Origin: Carpediemonas membranifera BICM
Lineage: Eukaryota; Protista; Fornicata
Assembly (NCBI GenBank): GCA_019828565.1
Contig: JAHDYR010000006.1
Location: 248,001-312,000 of the forward strand
Reading direction: 5' to 3'
DNA length: 64,000 nt
Shown here: in pieces, positions 1-12,205 of the stretch
Layout: each line of letters opens with the position of its first letter
Numbering within the stretch: the stretch's first letter is position 1
Position numbers and translations under genes: made by a program
Notes under the pieces: generated by a model
Told to the model about the DNA's origin: nothing
The model's database searches: none
Seen by the model: only the letters and a program-made list of their open reading frames with translations

Positions 1-3000
1 GCCTTGCGGCGCTAAACCGTCCGTTAACGTCAGCGCCGAATTCAAGGAGTAGAAGAATGAGGTCGTCAAATCCATTAAAAGCAGCAGTTGTCAAGGGCGA
101 GCCATATTCGCAGTTGTAAGCTGTATACGCCCCTCCGTCGAGCAGCACACCGGCAGCGCTGAGGTTCCCCTGGATGCAGGTCATCATGAGGGCCGTGCGG
201 CAATCTTTGTCACGCAGGTCGAGGGTCGCCCCGGCATCGATGAGCAACTTGAGTATCTCGACGTGGTTATTGGTCGCAGCGGCAATGAGCGGGGTCCAGC
301 CATTGTTGTCTCGGTGGTCTGGATCAGCACGGTGCTCGAGGAGGAGGCTGACCATGTCAGCGTGGCCTCCGAAGGCGGCACGTAAGAGGGGGGACCAGCT
401 GTCGTTGTCGGCGATGTCAATCATAGACTTATTGGTGTCCAACAAAAGAGTTGCTATTTCGACAAACCCCTTCTCGGCTGCAATAAACAGTGCGCTGCTG
501 CCACTCGAGTGGACCTTGGTGCAGTCCGCCCCGGCAGCAAGCAGTGATCTGGTGCACTCGGCGTGACCCCGTAAACACGTCAGCATGAGAGCCGTGAATC
601 CTTCGTCGTTCTGCAGGTCGAGGGTCGCCCCGGCATCGATGAGCAACTTGAGTATCTCGACGTGGTTATTGGTCGCAGCGGCAATGAGCGGCGTCCGACC
701 ATTGTTGTTACGCTGGTCGAGGGTCGCCCCGCGCTCGATGAGGAGACGGACGACGTCGTCATGACCCTTGGCTGATGCGGCGAACAGAGGTGACGAGCCA
801 TCGTTATTGGCGACGTTGATCATGGACTGATTGGCGTCCAGCAGTAGCTTGACGATGCCAGCAAAGCCAAAGTATGCAGCGAGAAACAGAGCACTGGCGC
901 CCGTGGAAGAAACCTTGGTGCAGTCTGCGCCGGCACTTAGCAGAAAGCCAGCGCTGTCCGCGTGTCCGTTGACGCAGGCTACCATGAGCGCAGTCCTGCC
1001 ATCTTTCTCCTGCAGGTCGAGGGTCGCCCCGGCATCGATGAGCAACTTGAGTATCTCGACGTGGTTATTGGTCGCAGCGGCAATGAGCGGGGTCCAGCCA
1101 TTGTTGTCTCGGTGGTCTGGATCAGCACGGTGCTCGAGGAGGAGGCTGACCATGTCAGCGTGGCCTCCGAAGGCGGCACGTAAGAGGGGGGACCAGCTGT
1201 CGTTGTCGGCGATGTCAATCATAGACTTATTGGTGTCCAACAAAAGAGTTGCTATTTCGACAAACCCCTTCTCGGCTGCAATAAACAGTGCGCTGCTGCC
1301 ACTCGAGTGGACCTTGGTGCAGTCCGCCCCGGCAGCAAGCAGTGATCTGGTGCACTCGGCGTGACCCCGTAAACACGTCAGCATGAGAGCCGTGAATCCT
1401 TCGTCGTTCTGCAGGTCGAGGGTCGCCCCGGCATCGATGAGCAACTTGAGTATCTCGACGTGGTTATTGGTCGCAGCGGCAATGAGCGGCGTCCGACCAT
1501 TGTTGTTACGCTGGTCGAGGGTCGCCCCGCGCTCGATGAGGAGACGGACGACGTCGTCATGACCCTTGGCTGATGCGGCGAACAGAGGTGACGAGCCATC
1601 GTTATTGGCGACGTTGATCATGGACTGATTGGCGTCCAGCAGTAGCTTGACGATGCCAGCAAAGCCAAAGTATGCAGCGAGAAACAGAGCACTGGCGCCC
1701 GTGGAAGAAACCTTGGTGCAGTCTGCGCCGGCACTTAGCAGAAAGCCAGCGCTGTCCGCGTGTCCGTTGACGCAGGCTACCATGAGCGCAGTCCTGCCAT
1801 CTTTCTCCTGCAGGTCGAGGGTCGCCCCGGCATCGATGAGCAACTTGAGTATCTCGACGTGGTTATTGGTCGCAGCGGCAATGAGCGGGGTCCAGCCATT
1901 GTTGTCTCGGTGGTCTGGATCAGCACGGTGCTCGAGGAGGAGGCTGACCATGTCAGCGTGGCCTCCGAAGGCGGCACGTAAGAGGGGGGACCAGCTGTCG
2001 TTGTCGGCGATGTCAATCATAGACTTATTGGTGTCCAACAAAAGAGTTGCTATTTCGACAAACCCCTTCTCGGCTGCAATAAACAGTGCGCTGCTGCCAC
2101 TCGAGTGGACCTTGGTGCAGTCCGCCCCGGCAGCAAGCAGTGATCTGGTGCACTCGGCGTGACCCCGTAAACACGTCAGCATGAGAGCCGTGAATCCTTC
2201 GTCGTTCTGCAGGTCGAGGGTCGCCCCGGCATCGATGAGCAACTTGAGTATCTCGACGTGGTTATTGGTCGCAGCGGCAATGAGCGGCGTCCGACCATTG
2301 TTGTTACGCTGGTCGAGGGTCGCCCCGCGCTCGATGAGGAGACGGACGACGTCGTCATGACCCTTGGCTGATGCGGCGAACAGAGGTGACGAGCCATCGT
2401 TATTGGCGACGTTGATCATGGACTGATTGGCGTCCAGCAGTAGCTTGACGATGCCAGCAAAGCCAAAGTATGCAGCGAGAAACAGAGCACTGGCGCCCGT
2501 GGAAGAAAACCTTGGTGCAGTCTGCGCCGGCACTTAGCAGAAAGCCAGCGCTGTCCGCGTGTCCGTTGACGCAGGCTACCATGAGCGCAGTCCTGCCATC
2601 TTTCTCCTGCAGGTCGAGGGTCGCCCCGGCATCGATGAGCAACTTGAGTATCTCGACGTGGTTATTGGTCGCAGCGGCAATGAGCGGGGTCCAGCCATTG
2701 TTGTCTCGGTGGTCTGGATCAGCACGGTGCTCGAGGAGGAGGCTGACCATGTCAGCGTGGCCTCCGAAGGCGGCACGTAAGAGGGGGGACCAGCTGTCGT
2801 TGTCGGCGATGTCAATCATAGACTTATTGGTGTCCAACAAAAGAGTTGCTATTTCGACAAACCCCTTCTCGGCTGCAATAAACAGTGCGCTGCTGCCACT
2901 CGAGTGGACCTTGGTGCAGTCCGCCCCGGCAGCAAGCAGTGATCTGGTGCACTCGGCGTGACCCCGTAAACACGTCAGCATGAGAGCCGTGAATCCTTCG

Positions 3001-6000
3001 TCGTTCTGCAGGTCGAGGGTCGCCCCGGCATCGATGAGCAACTTGAGTATCTCGACGTGGTTATTGGTCGCAGCGGCAATGAGCGGCGTCCGACCATTGT
3101 TGTTACGCTGGTCGAGGGTCGCCCCGCGCTCGATGAGGAGACGGACGACGTCGTCATGACCCTTGGCTGATGCGGCGAACAGAGGTGACGAGCCATCGTT
3201 ATTGGCGACGTTGATCATGGACTGATTGGCGTCCAGCAGTAGCTTGACGATGCCAGCAAAGCCAAAGTATGCAGCGAGAAACAGAGCACTGGCGCCCGTG
3301 GAAGAAACCTTGGTGCAGTCTGCGCCGGCACTTAGCAGAAAGCCAGCGCTGTCCGCGTGTCCGTTGACGCAGGCTACCATGAGCGCAGTCCTGCCATCTT
3401 TCTCCTGCAGGTCGAGGGTCGCCCCGGCATCGATGAGCAACTTGAGTATCTCGACGTGGTTATTGGTCGCAGCGGCAATGAGCGGGGTCCAGCCATTGTT
3501 GTCTCGGTGGTCTGGATCAGCACGGTGCTCGAGGAGGAGGCTGACCATGTCAGCGTGGCCTCCGAAGGCGGCACGTAAGAGGGGGGACCAGCTGTCGTTG
3601 TCGGCGATGTCAATCATAGACTTATTGGTGTCCAACAAAAGAGTTGCTATTTCGACAAACCCCTTCTCGGCTGCAATAAACAGTGCGCTGCTGCCACTCG
3701 AGTGGACCTTGGTGCAGTCCGCCCCGGCAGCAAGCAGTGATCTGGTGCACTCGGCGTGACCCCGTAAACACGTCAGCATGAGAGCCGTGAATCCTTCGTC
3801 GTTCTGCAGGTCGAGGGTCGCCCCGGCATCGATGAGCAACTTGAGTATCTCGACGTGGTTATTGGTCGCAGCGGCAATGAGCGGCGTCCGACCATTGTTG
3901 TTACGCTGGTCGAGGGTCGCCCCGCGCTCGATGAGGAGACGGACGACGTCGTCATGACCCTTGGCTGATGCGGCGAACAGAGGTGACGAGCCATCGTTAT
4001 TGGCGACGTTGATCATGGACTGATTGGCGTCCAGCAGTAGCTTGACGATGCCAGCAAAGCCAAAGTATGCAGCGAGAAACAGAGCACTGGCGCCCGTGGA
4101 AGAAACCTTGGTGCAGTCTGCGCCGGCACTTAGCAGAAAGCCAGCGCTGTCCGCGTGTCCGTTGACGCAGGCTACCATGAGCGCAGTCCTGCCATCTTTC
4201 TCCTGCAGGTCGAGGGTCGCCCCGGCATCGATGAGCAACTTGAGTATCTCGACGTGGTTATTGGTCGCAGCGGCAATGAGCGGGGTCCAGCCATTGTTGT
4301 CTCGGTGGTCTGGATCAGCACGGTGCTCGAGGAGGAGGCTGACCATGTCAGCGTGGCCTCCGAAGGCGGCACGTAAGAGGGGGGACCAGCTGTCGTTGTC
4401 GGCGATGTCAATCATAGACTTATTGGTGTCCAACAAAAGAGTTGCTATTTCGACAAACCCCTTCACGGCTGCAATAAACAGTGCGCTGCTGCCACTCGAG
4501 TGGACCTTGGTGCAGTCCGCCCCGGCAGCAAGCAGTGATCTGGTGCACTCGGCGTGACCCCGTAAACACGTCAGCATGAGAGCCGTGAATCCTTCGTCGT
4601 TCTGCAGGTCGAGGGTCGCCCCGGCATCGATGAGCAACTTGAGTATCTCGACGTGGTTATTGGTCGCAGCGGCAATGAGCGGCGTCCGACCATTGTTGTT
4701 ACGCTGGTCGAGGGTCGCCCCGCGCTCGATGAGGAGACGGACGACGTCGTCATGACCCTTGGCTGATGCGGCGAACAGAGGTGACGAGCCATCGTTATTG
4801 GCGACGTTGATCATGGACTGATTGGCGTCCAGCAGTAGCTTGACGATGCCAGCAAAGCCAAAGTATGCAGCGAGAAACAGAGCACTGGCGCCCGTGGAAG
4901 AAACCTTGGTGCAGTCTGCGCCGGCACTTAGCAGAAAGCCAGCGCTGTCCGCGTGTCCGTTGACGCAGGCTACCATGAGCGCAGTCCTGCCATCTTTCTC
5001 CTGCAGGTCGAGGGTCGCCCCGGCATCGATGAGCAACTTGAGTATCTCGACGTGGTTATTGGTCGCAGCGGCAATGAGCGGGGTCCAGCCATTGTTGTCT
5101 CGGTGGTCTGGATCAGCACGGTGCTCGAGGAGGAGGCTGACCATGTCAGCGTGGCCTCCGAAGGCGGCACGTAAGAGGGGGGACCAGCTGTCGTTGTCGG
5201 CGATGTCAATCATAGACTTATTGGTGTCCAACAAAAGAGTTGCTATTTCGACAAACCCCTTCTCGGCTGCAATAAACAGTGCGCTGCTGCCACTCGAGTG
5301 GACCTTGGTGCAGTCCGCCCCGGCAGCAAGCAGTGATCTGGTGCACTCGGCGTGACCCCGTAAACACGTCAGCATGAGAGCCGTGAATCCTTCGTCGTTC
5401 TGCAGGTCGAGGGTCGCCCCGGCATCGATGAGCAACTTGAGTATCTCGACGTGGTTATTGGTCGCAGCGGCAATGAGCGGCGTCCGACCATTGTTGTTAC
5501 GCTGGTCGAGGGTCGCCCCGCGCTCGATGAGGAGACGGACGACGTCGTCATGACCCTTGGCTGATGCGGCGAACAGAGGTGACGAGCCATCGTTATTGGC
5601 GACGTTGATCATGGACTGATTGGCGTCCAGCAGTAGCTTGACGATGCCAGCAAAGCCAAAGTATGCAGCGAGAAACAGAGCACTGGCGCCCGTGGAAGAA
5701 ACCTTGGTGCAGTCTGCGCCGGCACTTAGCAGAAAGCCAGCGCTGTCCGCGTGTCCGTTGACGCAGGCTACCATGAGCGCAGTCCTGCCATCTTTCTCCT
5801 GCAGGTCGAGGGTCGCTCCGGCATCGATGAGCAACTTGAGTATCTCGACGTGGTTATTGGTCGCAGCGGCAATGAGCGGCGTCCGACCATTGTTGTTACG
5901 CTGGTCGAGGGTCGCCCCGCGCTCGATGAGGAGACGGACGACGTCGTCATGACCCTTGGCTGATGCGGCGAACAGAGGTGACGAGCCATCGTTATTGGCG

Positions 6001-9000
6001 ACGTTGATCATGGACTGATTGGCGTCCAGCAGTAGCTTGACGATGCCAGCAAAGCCAAAGTATGCAGCGAGAAACAGAGCACTGGCGCCCGTGGAAGAAA
6101 CCTTGGTGCAGTCTGCGCCGGCACTTAGCAGAAAGCCAGCGCTGTCCGCGTGTCCGTTGACGCAGGCTACCATGAGCGCAGTCCTGCCATCTTTCTCCTG
6201 CAGGTCGAGGGTCGCCCCGGCATCGATGAGCAACTTGAGTATCTCGACGTGGTTATTGGTCGCAGCGGCAATGAGCGGGGTCCAGCCATTGTTGTCTCGG
6301 TGGTCTGGATCAGCACGGTGCTCGAGGAGGAGACGGACGACGTCGTCATGACCCTTGGCTGATGCGGCGAACAGAGGTGACGAGCCATCGTTATTGGCGA
6401 CGTTGATCATGGACTGATTGGCGTCCAGCAGTAGCTTGACGATGCCAGCAAAGCCAAAGTATGCAGCGAGAAACAGAGCACTGGCGCCCGTGGAAGAAAC
6501 CTTGGTGCAGTCTGCGCCGGCACTTAGCAGAAAGCCAGCGCTGTCCGCGTGTCCGTTGACGCAGGCTACCATGAGCGCAGTCCTGCCATCTTTCTCCTGC
6601 AGGTCGAGGGTCGCCCCGGCATCGATGAGCAACTTGAGTATCTCGACGTGGTTATTGGTCGCAGCGGCAATGAGCGGGGTCCAGCCATTGTTGTCTCGGT
6701 GGTCTGGATCAGCACGGTGCTCGAGGAGGAGGCTGACCATGTCAGCGTGGCCTCCGAAGGCGGCACGTAAGAGGGGGGACCAGCTGTCGTTGTCGGCGAT
6801 GTCAATCATAGACTTATTGGTGTCCAACAAAAGAGTTGCTATTTCGACAAACCCCTTCTCGGCTGCAATAAACAGTGCGCTGCTGCCACTCGAGTGGACC
6901 TTGGTGCAGTCCGCCCCGGCAGCAAGCAGTGATCTGGTGCACTCGGCGTGACCCCGTAAACACGTCAGCATGAGAGCCGTGAATCCTTCGTCGTTCTGCA
7001 GGTCGAGGGTCGCCCCGGCATCGATGAGCAACTTGAGTATCTCGACGTGGTTATTGGTCGCAGCGGCAATGAGCGGCGTCCGACCATTGTTGTTACGCTG
7101 GTCGAGGGTCGCCCCGCGCTCGATGAGGAGACGGACGACGTCGTCATGACCCTTGGCTGATGCGGCGAACAGAGGTGACGAGCCATCGTTATTGGCGACG
7201 TTGATCATGGACTGATTGGCGTCCAGCAGTAGCTTGACGATGCCAGCAAAGCCAAAGTATGCAGCGAGAAACAGAGCACTGGCGCCCGTGGAAGAAACCT
7301 TGGTGCAGTCTGCGCCGGCACTTAGCAGAAAGCCAGCGCTGTCCGCGTGTCCGTTGACGCAGGCTACCATGAGCGCAGTCCTGCCATCTTTCTCCTGCAG
7401 GTCGAGGGTCGCCCCGGCATCGATGAGCAACTTGAGTATCTCGACGTGGTTATTGGTCGCAGCGGCAATGAGCGGGGTCCAGCCATTGTTGTCTCGGTGG
7501 TCTGGATCAGCACGGTGCTCGAGGAGGAGGCTGACCATGTCAGCGTGGCCTCCGAAGGCGGCACGTAAGAGGGGGGACCAGCTGTCGTTGTCGGCGATGT
7601 CAATCATAGACTTATTGGTGTCCAACAAAAGAGTTGCTATTTCGACAAACCCCTTCACGGCTGCAATAAACAGTGCGCTGCTGCCACTCGAGTGGACCTT
7701 GGTGCAGTCCGCCCCGGCAGCAAGCAGTGATCTGGTGCACTCGGCGTGACCCCGTAAACACGTCAGCATGAGAGCCGTGAATCCTTCGTCGTTCTGCAGG
7801 TCGAGGGTCGCCCCGGCATCGATGAGCAACTTGAGTATCTCGACGTGGTTATTGGTCGCAGCGGCAATGAGCGGGGTCCAGCCATTGTTGTCTCGGTGGT
7901 CTGGATCAGCACGGTGCTCGAGGAGGAGGCTGACCATGTCAGCGTGGCCTCCGAAGGCGGCACGTAAGAGGGGGGACCAGCTGTCGTTGTCGGCGATGTC
8001 AATCATAGACTTATTGGTGTCCAACAAAAGAGTTGCTATTTCGACAAACCCCTTCACGGCTGCAATAAACAGTGCGCTGCTGCCACTCGAGTGGACCTTG
8101 GTGCAGTCCGCCCCGGCAGCAAGCAGTGATCTGGTGCACTCGGCGTGACCCCGTAAACACGTCAGCATGAGAGCCGTGAATCCTTCGTCGTTCTGCAGGT
8201 CGAGGGTCACCCCGGCATCGATGAATAAGTCAATGATCTCGACATGACCCCAACATGCGGCGGCGATGAGCGGGTTATCATGCAGGTCTGAGGGATGATT
8301 GACGCCGGCGCCACGGTCGAGCAGGAGTCTGGCACAGCGAGCATGCCCACTGACAGAAGCTGCGAACAGGGGCGACTTGCCATCCTTATTGGTCACGTCA
8401 ACCATATCGGGTGCCGCATCCAGCAGCAGTTCGGCGATGTCTGTATCACTGAAGGCGGTGGCGATGTACAGGGCGGTGCGGCCGTTGGAGAACAAGGCCT
8501 TGGTGCAGTCGGCACCGGTGTCAAGAAGAGACCTGACAGCGTCCACGTGGCCATTCTCACACGCTGCAATGAGGGCGGTGTAGCCGTCCTCGTCCTGCAG
8601 GTCGACCCCAGCCCCGACATTGGTCAGCAGCTCGACAACATCCGTGTGTCCACCAGCAGCAGCAGCATTGAGGGCAGTTCGTCCGGCAGCACCGCGGAGG
8701 TCTGGGCCAGCCCCGGACTGCAGCGCCTCTCGCACCGTGACCAGTGAACCAGCGGCCGCGGCCTCGATTAGAAGCGTCCATTGGGAAGCACTTGACGCTA
8801 AGACTGTACCTTTGCTCTCCAAAGACGTTACTTCTCCGGCCTTGGCGCCTTCGGGGCCGACGGTCGGGGGCATGCTGGCTTGAGGCTGCGAGGCGACATC
8901 CGAAGGGACAAACGGCGAGATGTGGGCACAATAGTTGCAGTTTTCGTCTTGTGAGTATGTTGCAGGACTGTAGCTATGTGGGTTAGTGATGCTGATGCCT

Positions 9001-9221
9001 CTTGGCCTCGATTCGTCGGGTTCTGTCGATGGATGGACTGCTTGGGGTACATTAGTGCCTTCAACGGCAAAGTTGACACGAGTAGCGTTCATTGCAATGT
9101 CCGTATCTCGTTGCCACTCACCGACTGGGAATTGAGCCCACCCACTAATTGTGCCAATCCTGCTGGATGGAGACCATCCCTCACAGGCCTCACTGCGGTC
9201 GACCCCGACCATGCCATCCAC
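1..9221 (-). CDS. Giant ankyrin-repeat protein (>3000 aa, about 85 or more ANK repeats); one frameshift at ~2506-2509; runs off the window start
   Basis: The 2273-aa ORF 2400-9221 has TPLIAAA/TALM..C/SPL..AA ankyrin motifs. The same repeat continues to ~220 and is followed by unique ANK-like sequence. One B module reads GGAAGAAAAC where the others read GGAAGAAAC, which breaks the frame. Confidence 0.9.
221..8201. repeat. Coding tandem array of twenty 399-bp modules (types A and B, mostly as 798-bp AB higher-order units)
   Basis: Module starts recur every 399 bp (LDLQNDEG = A, LDLQEKDG = B). Order in protein sense: A A B A B' B B A B A B A B A B* A B A B A. Confidence 0.93.
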
Positions 9222-9245
9222 AGATCATGATCAAACTACTTTACT

Positions 9246-10091
9246 TTACATCTTGTCGACGAACCGCTTCACACTGGCGAGTGTGTTGTTCAAGTCCCTG
9301 GCGAGAACCTCAACACCAGCTTTGTCGCCCCCTCGCCCCTCTGCCCGGTCGGTTAGCGCCTGGGCCTCCGCCTTGATCAACTCGACCTCGGCCTTGAATC
9401 CAGCGCAGAGGTCCTCGTACTGCTGCTCAGTGGCCGTCCGATGGGCCTCGAACTCGGACTCAAACTTCCGCTGCATCTCTTGCTGGGCAAATTCCATCTT
9501 ATCACGCTCTTCGCTGAGTTGGAGGTGGGCTTGGCGGTCTCGGGCACGTGACTCGGCCAGCTGGGCGTCGATGCGGGCCCGTTCGGTCGCCAGACGATCT
9601 TCTTCACGACTTACGGCATTCTGGCGCTGGTTGATCTGAAGCCGCATTTGCTCCAGCCGAGCCCGCTCGACTGCTAGCTCCGCATTGGCCTTGGCGAGCT
9701 CCAGCTTGGCTGCTGACTGGACGACTGCCGCATGCTTCTGCATCTCACTCAAATATAGCTTCAGATCGCGGCAGATGATGTCGCTGCCGGCCGTAGAGGA
9801 GGGGGCGTCGATCTGTAGGCCCGTCCCGGCCAGACTCGTGAGGGCGGAGAGGAAACCCGAAACACCGAGTGTGACCTTCGAGGACTTTGTTTTCGTGGCT
9901 GAAGCGAGTGAAATGACTTCATTAAACGCCTCCATGGCCACTTTGTCGGCGTCCACCGTGCTTATGGGCCATTTTCTAATGAAGCTGCGTTTGTTATCGT
10001 GGATGGGGAACCATTGGTGGTCTGTGAAGACCTTAGTGACCTCTGGAGTCGCGTCTGTATCAATAGTGGCGCAGTACACGCACCGATCCAT
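9246..10091 (-). CDS. Hypothetical protein with C-terminal coiled coil
   Basis: 281-aa ATG-started ORF with an E/Q/R/A-rich heptad region. Confidence 0.6.
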   Translation of the reverse strand: MDRCVYCATIDTDATPEVTKVFTDHQWFPIHDNKRSFIRKWPISTVDADKVAMEAFNEVISLASATKTKSSKVTLGVSGFLSALTSLAGTGLQIDAPSSTAGSDIICRDLKLYLSEMQKHAAVVQSAAKLELAKANAELAVERARLEQMRLQINQRQNAVSREEDRLATERARIDAQLAESRARDRQAHLQLSEERDKMEFAQQEMQRKFESEFEAHRTATEQQYEDLCAGFKAEVELIKAEAQALTDRAEGRGGDKAGVEVLARDLNNTLASVKRFVDKM

Positions 10092-10279
10092 CAGCCTTAT
10101 GATGGCAAGCGGTTGTCATGCTCGATTTACGAGATTTATGTGATTTATGAGGGATACTATGTACCTGCACAGACCTAATGACAACGTCTACCATTGGTGC
10201 CCACAACCACCAGTCAGTCCGACCATCGACAGGTTCAGATCACAGATGCGGTGGGCGACGGTGACATTGAGGTCGGTCG

Positions 10280-11775
10280 CGTCTGGCTGTCCTTCGCAGC
10301 GACCTGGTGGACGAAGGCGAACTTCTTGCGAAGGAATCAGGGGAGCTTGTCCTCCTGGCTGTAGCTAACGCCCTGCTGTGGACTACAAGGATTTCTGCAG
10401 GGACGTCCTCTCACACAGCTGCAACAAAGACTTGATCAAGAGTTCGACCGCCATTGACGGCCAGCTCTGCACAGCCCTGCTCGCCACTGTCACTGTACCC
10501 AACACTCTGCGCGGTGTCCTCTCCGGCATGCTCGCCACCCGCCCCGAGGCCCCCTGGTCCGTCCGCCGCGCCATTGCAAACCTTCCCAACGCGGCGAGTA
10601 ACCGCTTCTCCACGGCCCACCCCTTTGTTACTGCCATCGATGATCGCCGAGCTGTCGCATGCCACGGTGACAGAGACTGTCGGCGACATGACATTCACCG
10701 TGCCCATCTTCCGCGAGGGCACGCTGGTCTTCACGCCCGACGCACTCGACATCAATGTCGTTTACCTGCGCTCGGTCCTGCTGGGTCTCGGCCGCGTGCT
10801 GCAGCTCATGCTGCTCGACGGCATCACACTGCCCGCGGACATGATCAGCGACGCCTGGGTCATCGCGCTCATGGACGGTCGCATCGACATGAGAGCGCTG
10901 ATGCCCACCGTCGACCAGGCGCTGCATACATCGCTCCGGGACGCCACGACCGCGTGCCCGCTCGAGGGCTTCGCGGGCGACCTCAAGGCGTACAGCGACG
11001 AGGTGAGACACCGCTTCGCCGAGCGCATGCAGATTATCCGCAACGGCATGACCGCGAATATGCAGTTCCAGGGGTCAGTCGCTGCACTTCCCCGAGGACA
11101 GCCAGGGTGGGCAGGACGCCCTCCGCGCCGTGCTCGAGGACGACGAGACGCGCCGTCGCTTCGCCTTCCACATGTTTGGCGGCCAGCTCCCCCAGCCAGG
11201 TTCCGTCGGTGTGACCCTCCACGACCATCACCGCGTGTACGCCGACTGTGCGGGTGGTGCCCGCCTTCCTCGTCTGGAGGACGCCAGCCAGATGCGCCAG
11301 GCGGTGCTCGACTCGGCCCCTGCCACAGCAGCCGCGGCAGCCGACTTCTACGTCATCCCGCGGCACCAACATGCATTCTCGCGCGCCGAGATCAGGACGC
11401 TCGTCGAACAGAACGACATCCTGCAGACATGCCGCCTAGTCACGCTCGGCGGTGGCGCTGCTGTGGACGTCCCCGTCATCCGCTGCTGCCCCACATGCGG
11501 TGAAACTGGCATCTCGCGAGGGCGACCTGGACAACTGCAAGATTTCGACGTGCCCATGCGGCCAGGACTTCTGCCACAAGTGCCTGCTCTGCGTGGCCAA
11601 CCAGGAAGAGCGCATGGCCCACAACGGCGGCGATTGCGAGATGGCCCCGCGCCAGACACCTTTGCCCGATGGCGTCAAGTGGCAGCGCACCGTCACGTGC
11701 CCCTACTGCCATCGGTCAGCCACGGTCAGCGCGAACCGGAGGCAGGTCACGTGCCGCGGGTGCACCAGACCATAG
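10280..11775 (+). pseudogene. Multiply frameshifted gene with a C-terminal IBR/RING2-like (RBR-type) Cys-rich domain
   Basis: Coding-like segments hop between frames (ORFs 10378, 10454, 11130, 11452). CPTC joins DNCKISTCPCGQDFCHKC across a frameshift near 11515, followed by CPYC...CRGC. The 5' boundary is approximate. Confidence 0.55.
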
Positions 11776-12205
11776 ATGCGAGAGTCGAGTAAAATTTCCA
11801 CCTTTTCGAGCTCTATCCGCTGGCCGGATTCCATGTGACACGACTAGCACCAGCCGGCGCTCCTCGTCGGCCTGATCAAACCGGTGCCCACTCTCGTCGT
11901 GGGTATGTGAGCGCCTTGGTAGCCAACCAAGGCGGCGCTTACCTAGACGGGCAACTCCCGCCTGGGCATTGTAACAGGGTTCAAGCTGATCACCAGTGTT
12001 CGACAGGCGATCCACTAACTAACATGCGATCAGACCTTCGTAAAAACAGCTCACCCTCTCGATGTCCTGACAAGATTGGACATAAATGTCATTATGGTGA
12101 TGCTGTCATGACCTGCTTGGGCTGCATGTCAATTGTATGCCTGAGCTCGGACTGCACACGCGAGTGCATCCAACCAACAGTATCATTTACATTATCCGCG
12201 CTATA

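Noticed and set aside
174-8148. Many repeated 70-177 aa ORFs on both strands
   Set aside because: They are shadow frames of the ankyrin tandem array.
221-8201. CRISPR-like periodicity
   Set aside because: The units are 399-bp in-frame coding repeats with no unique spacers.
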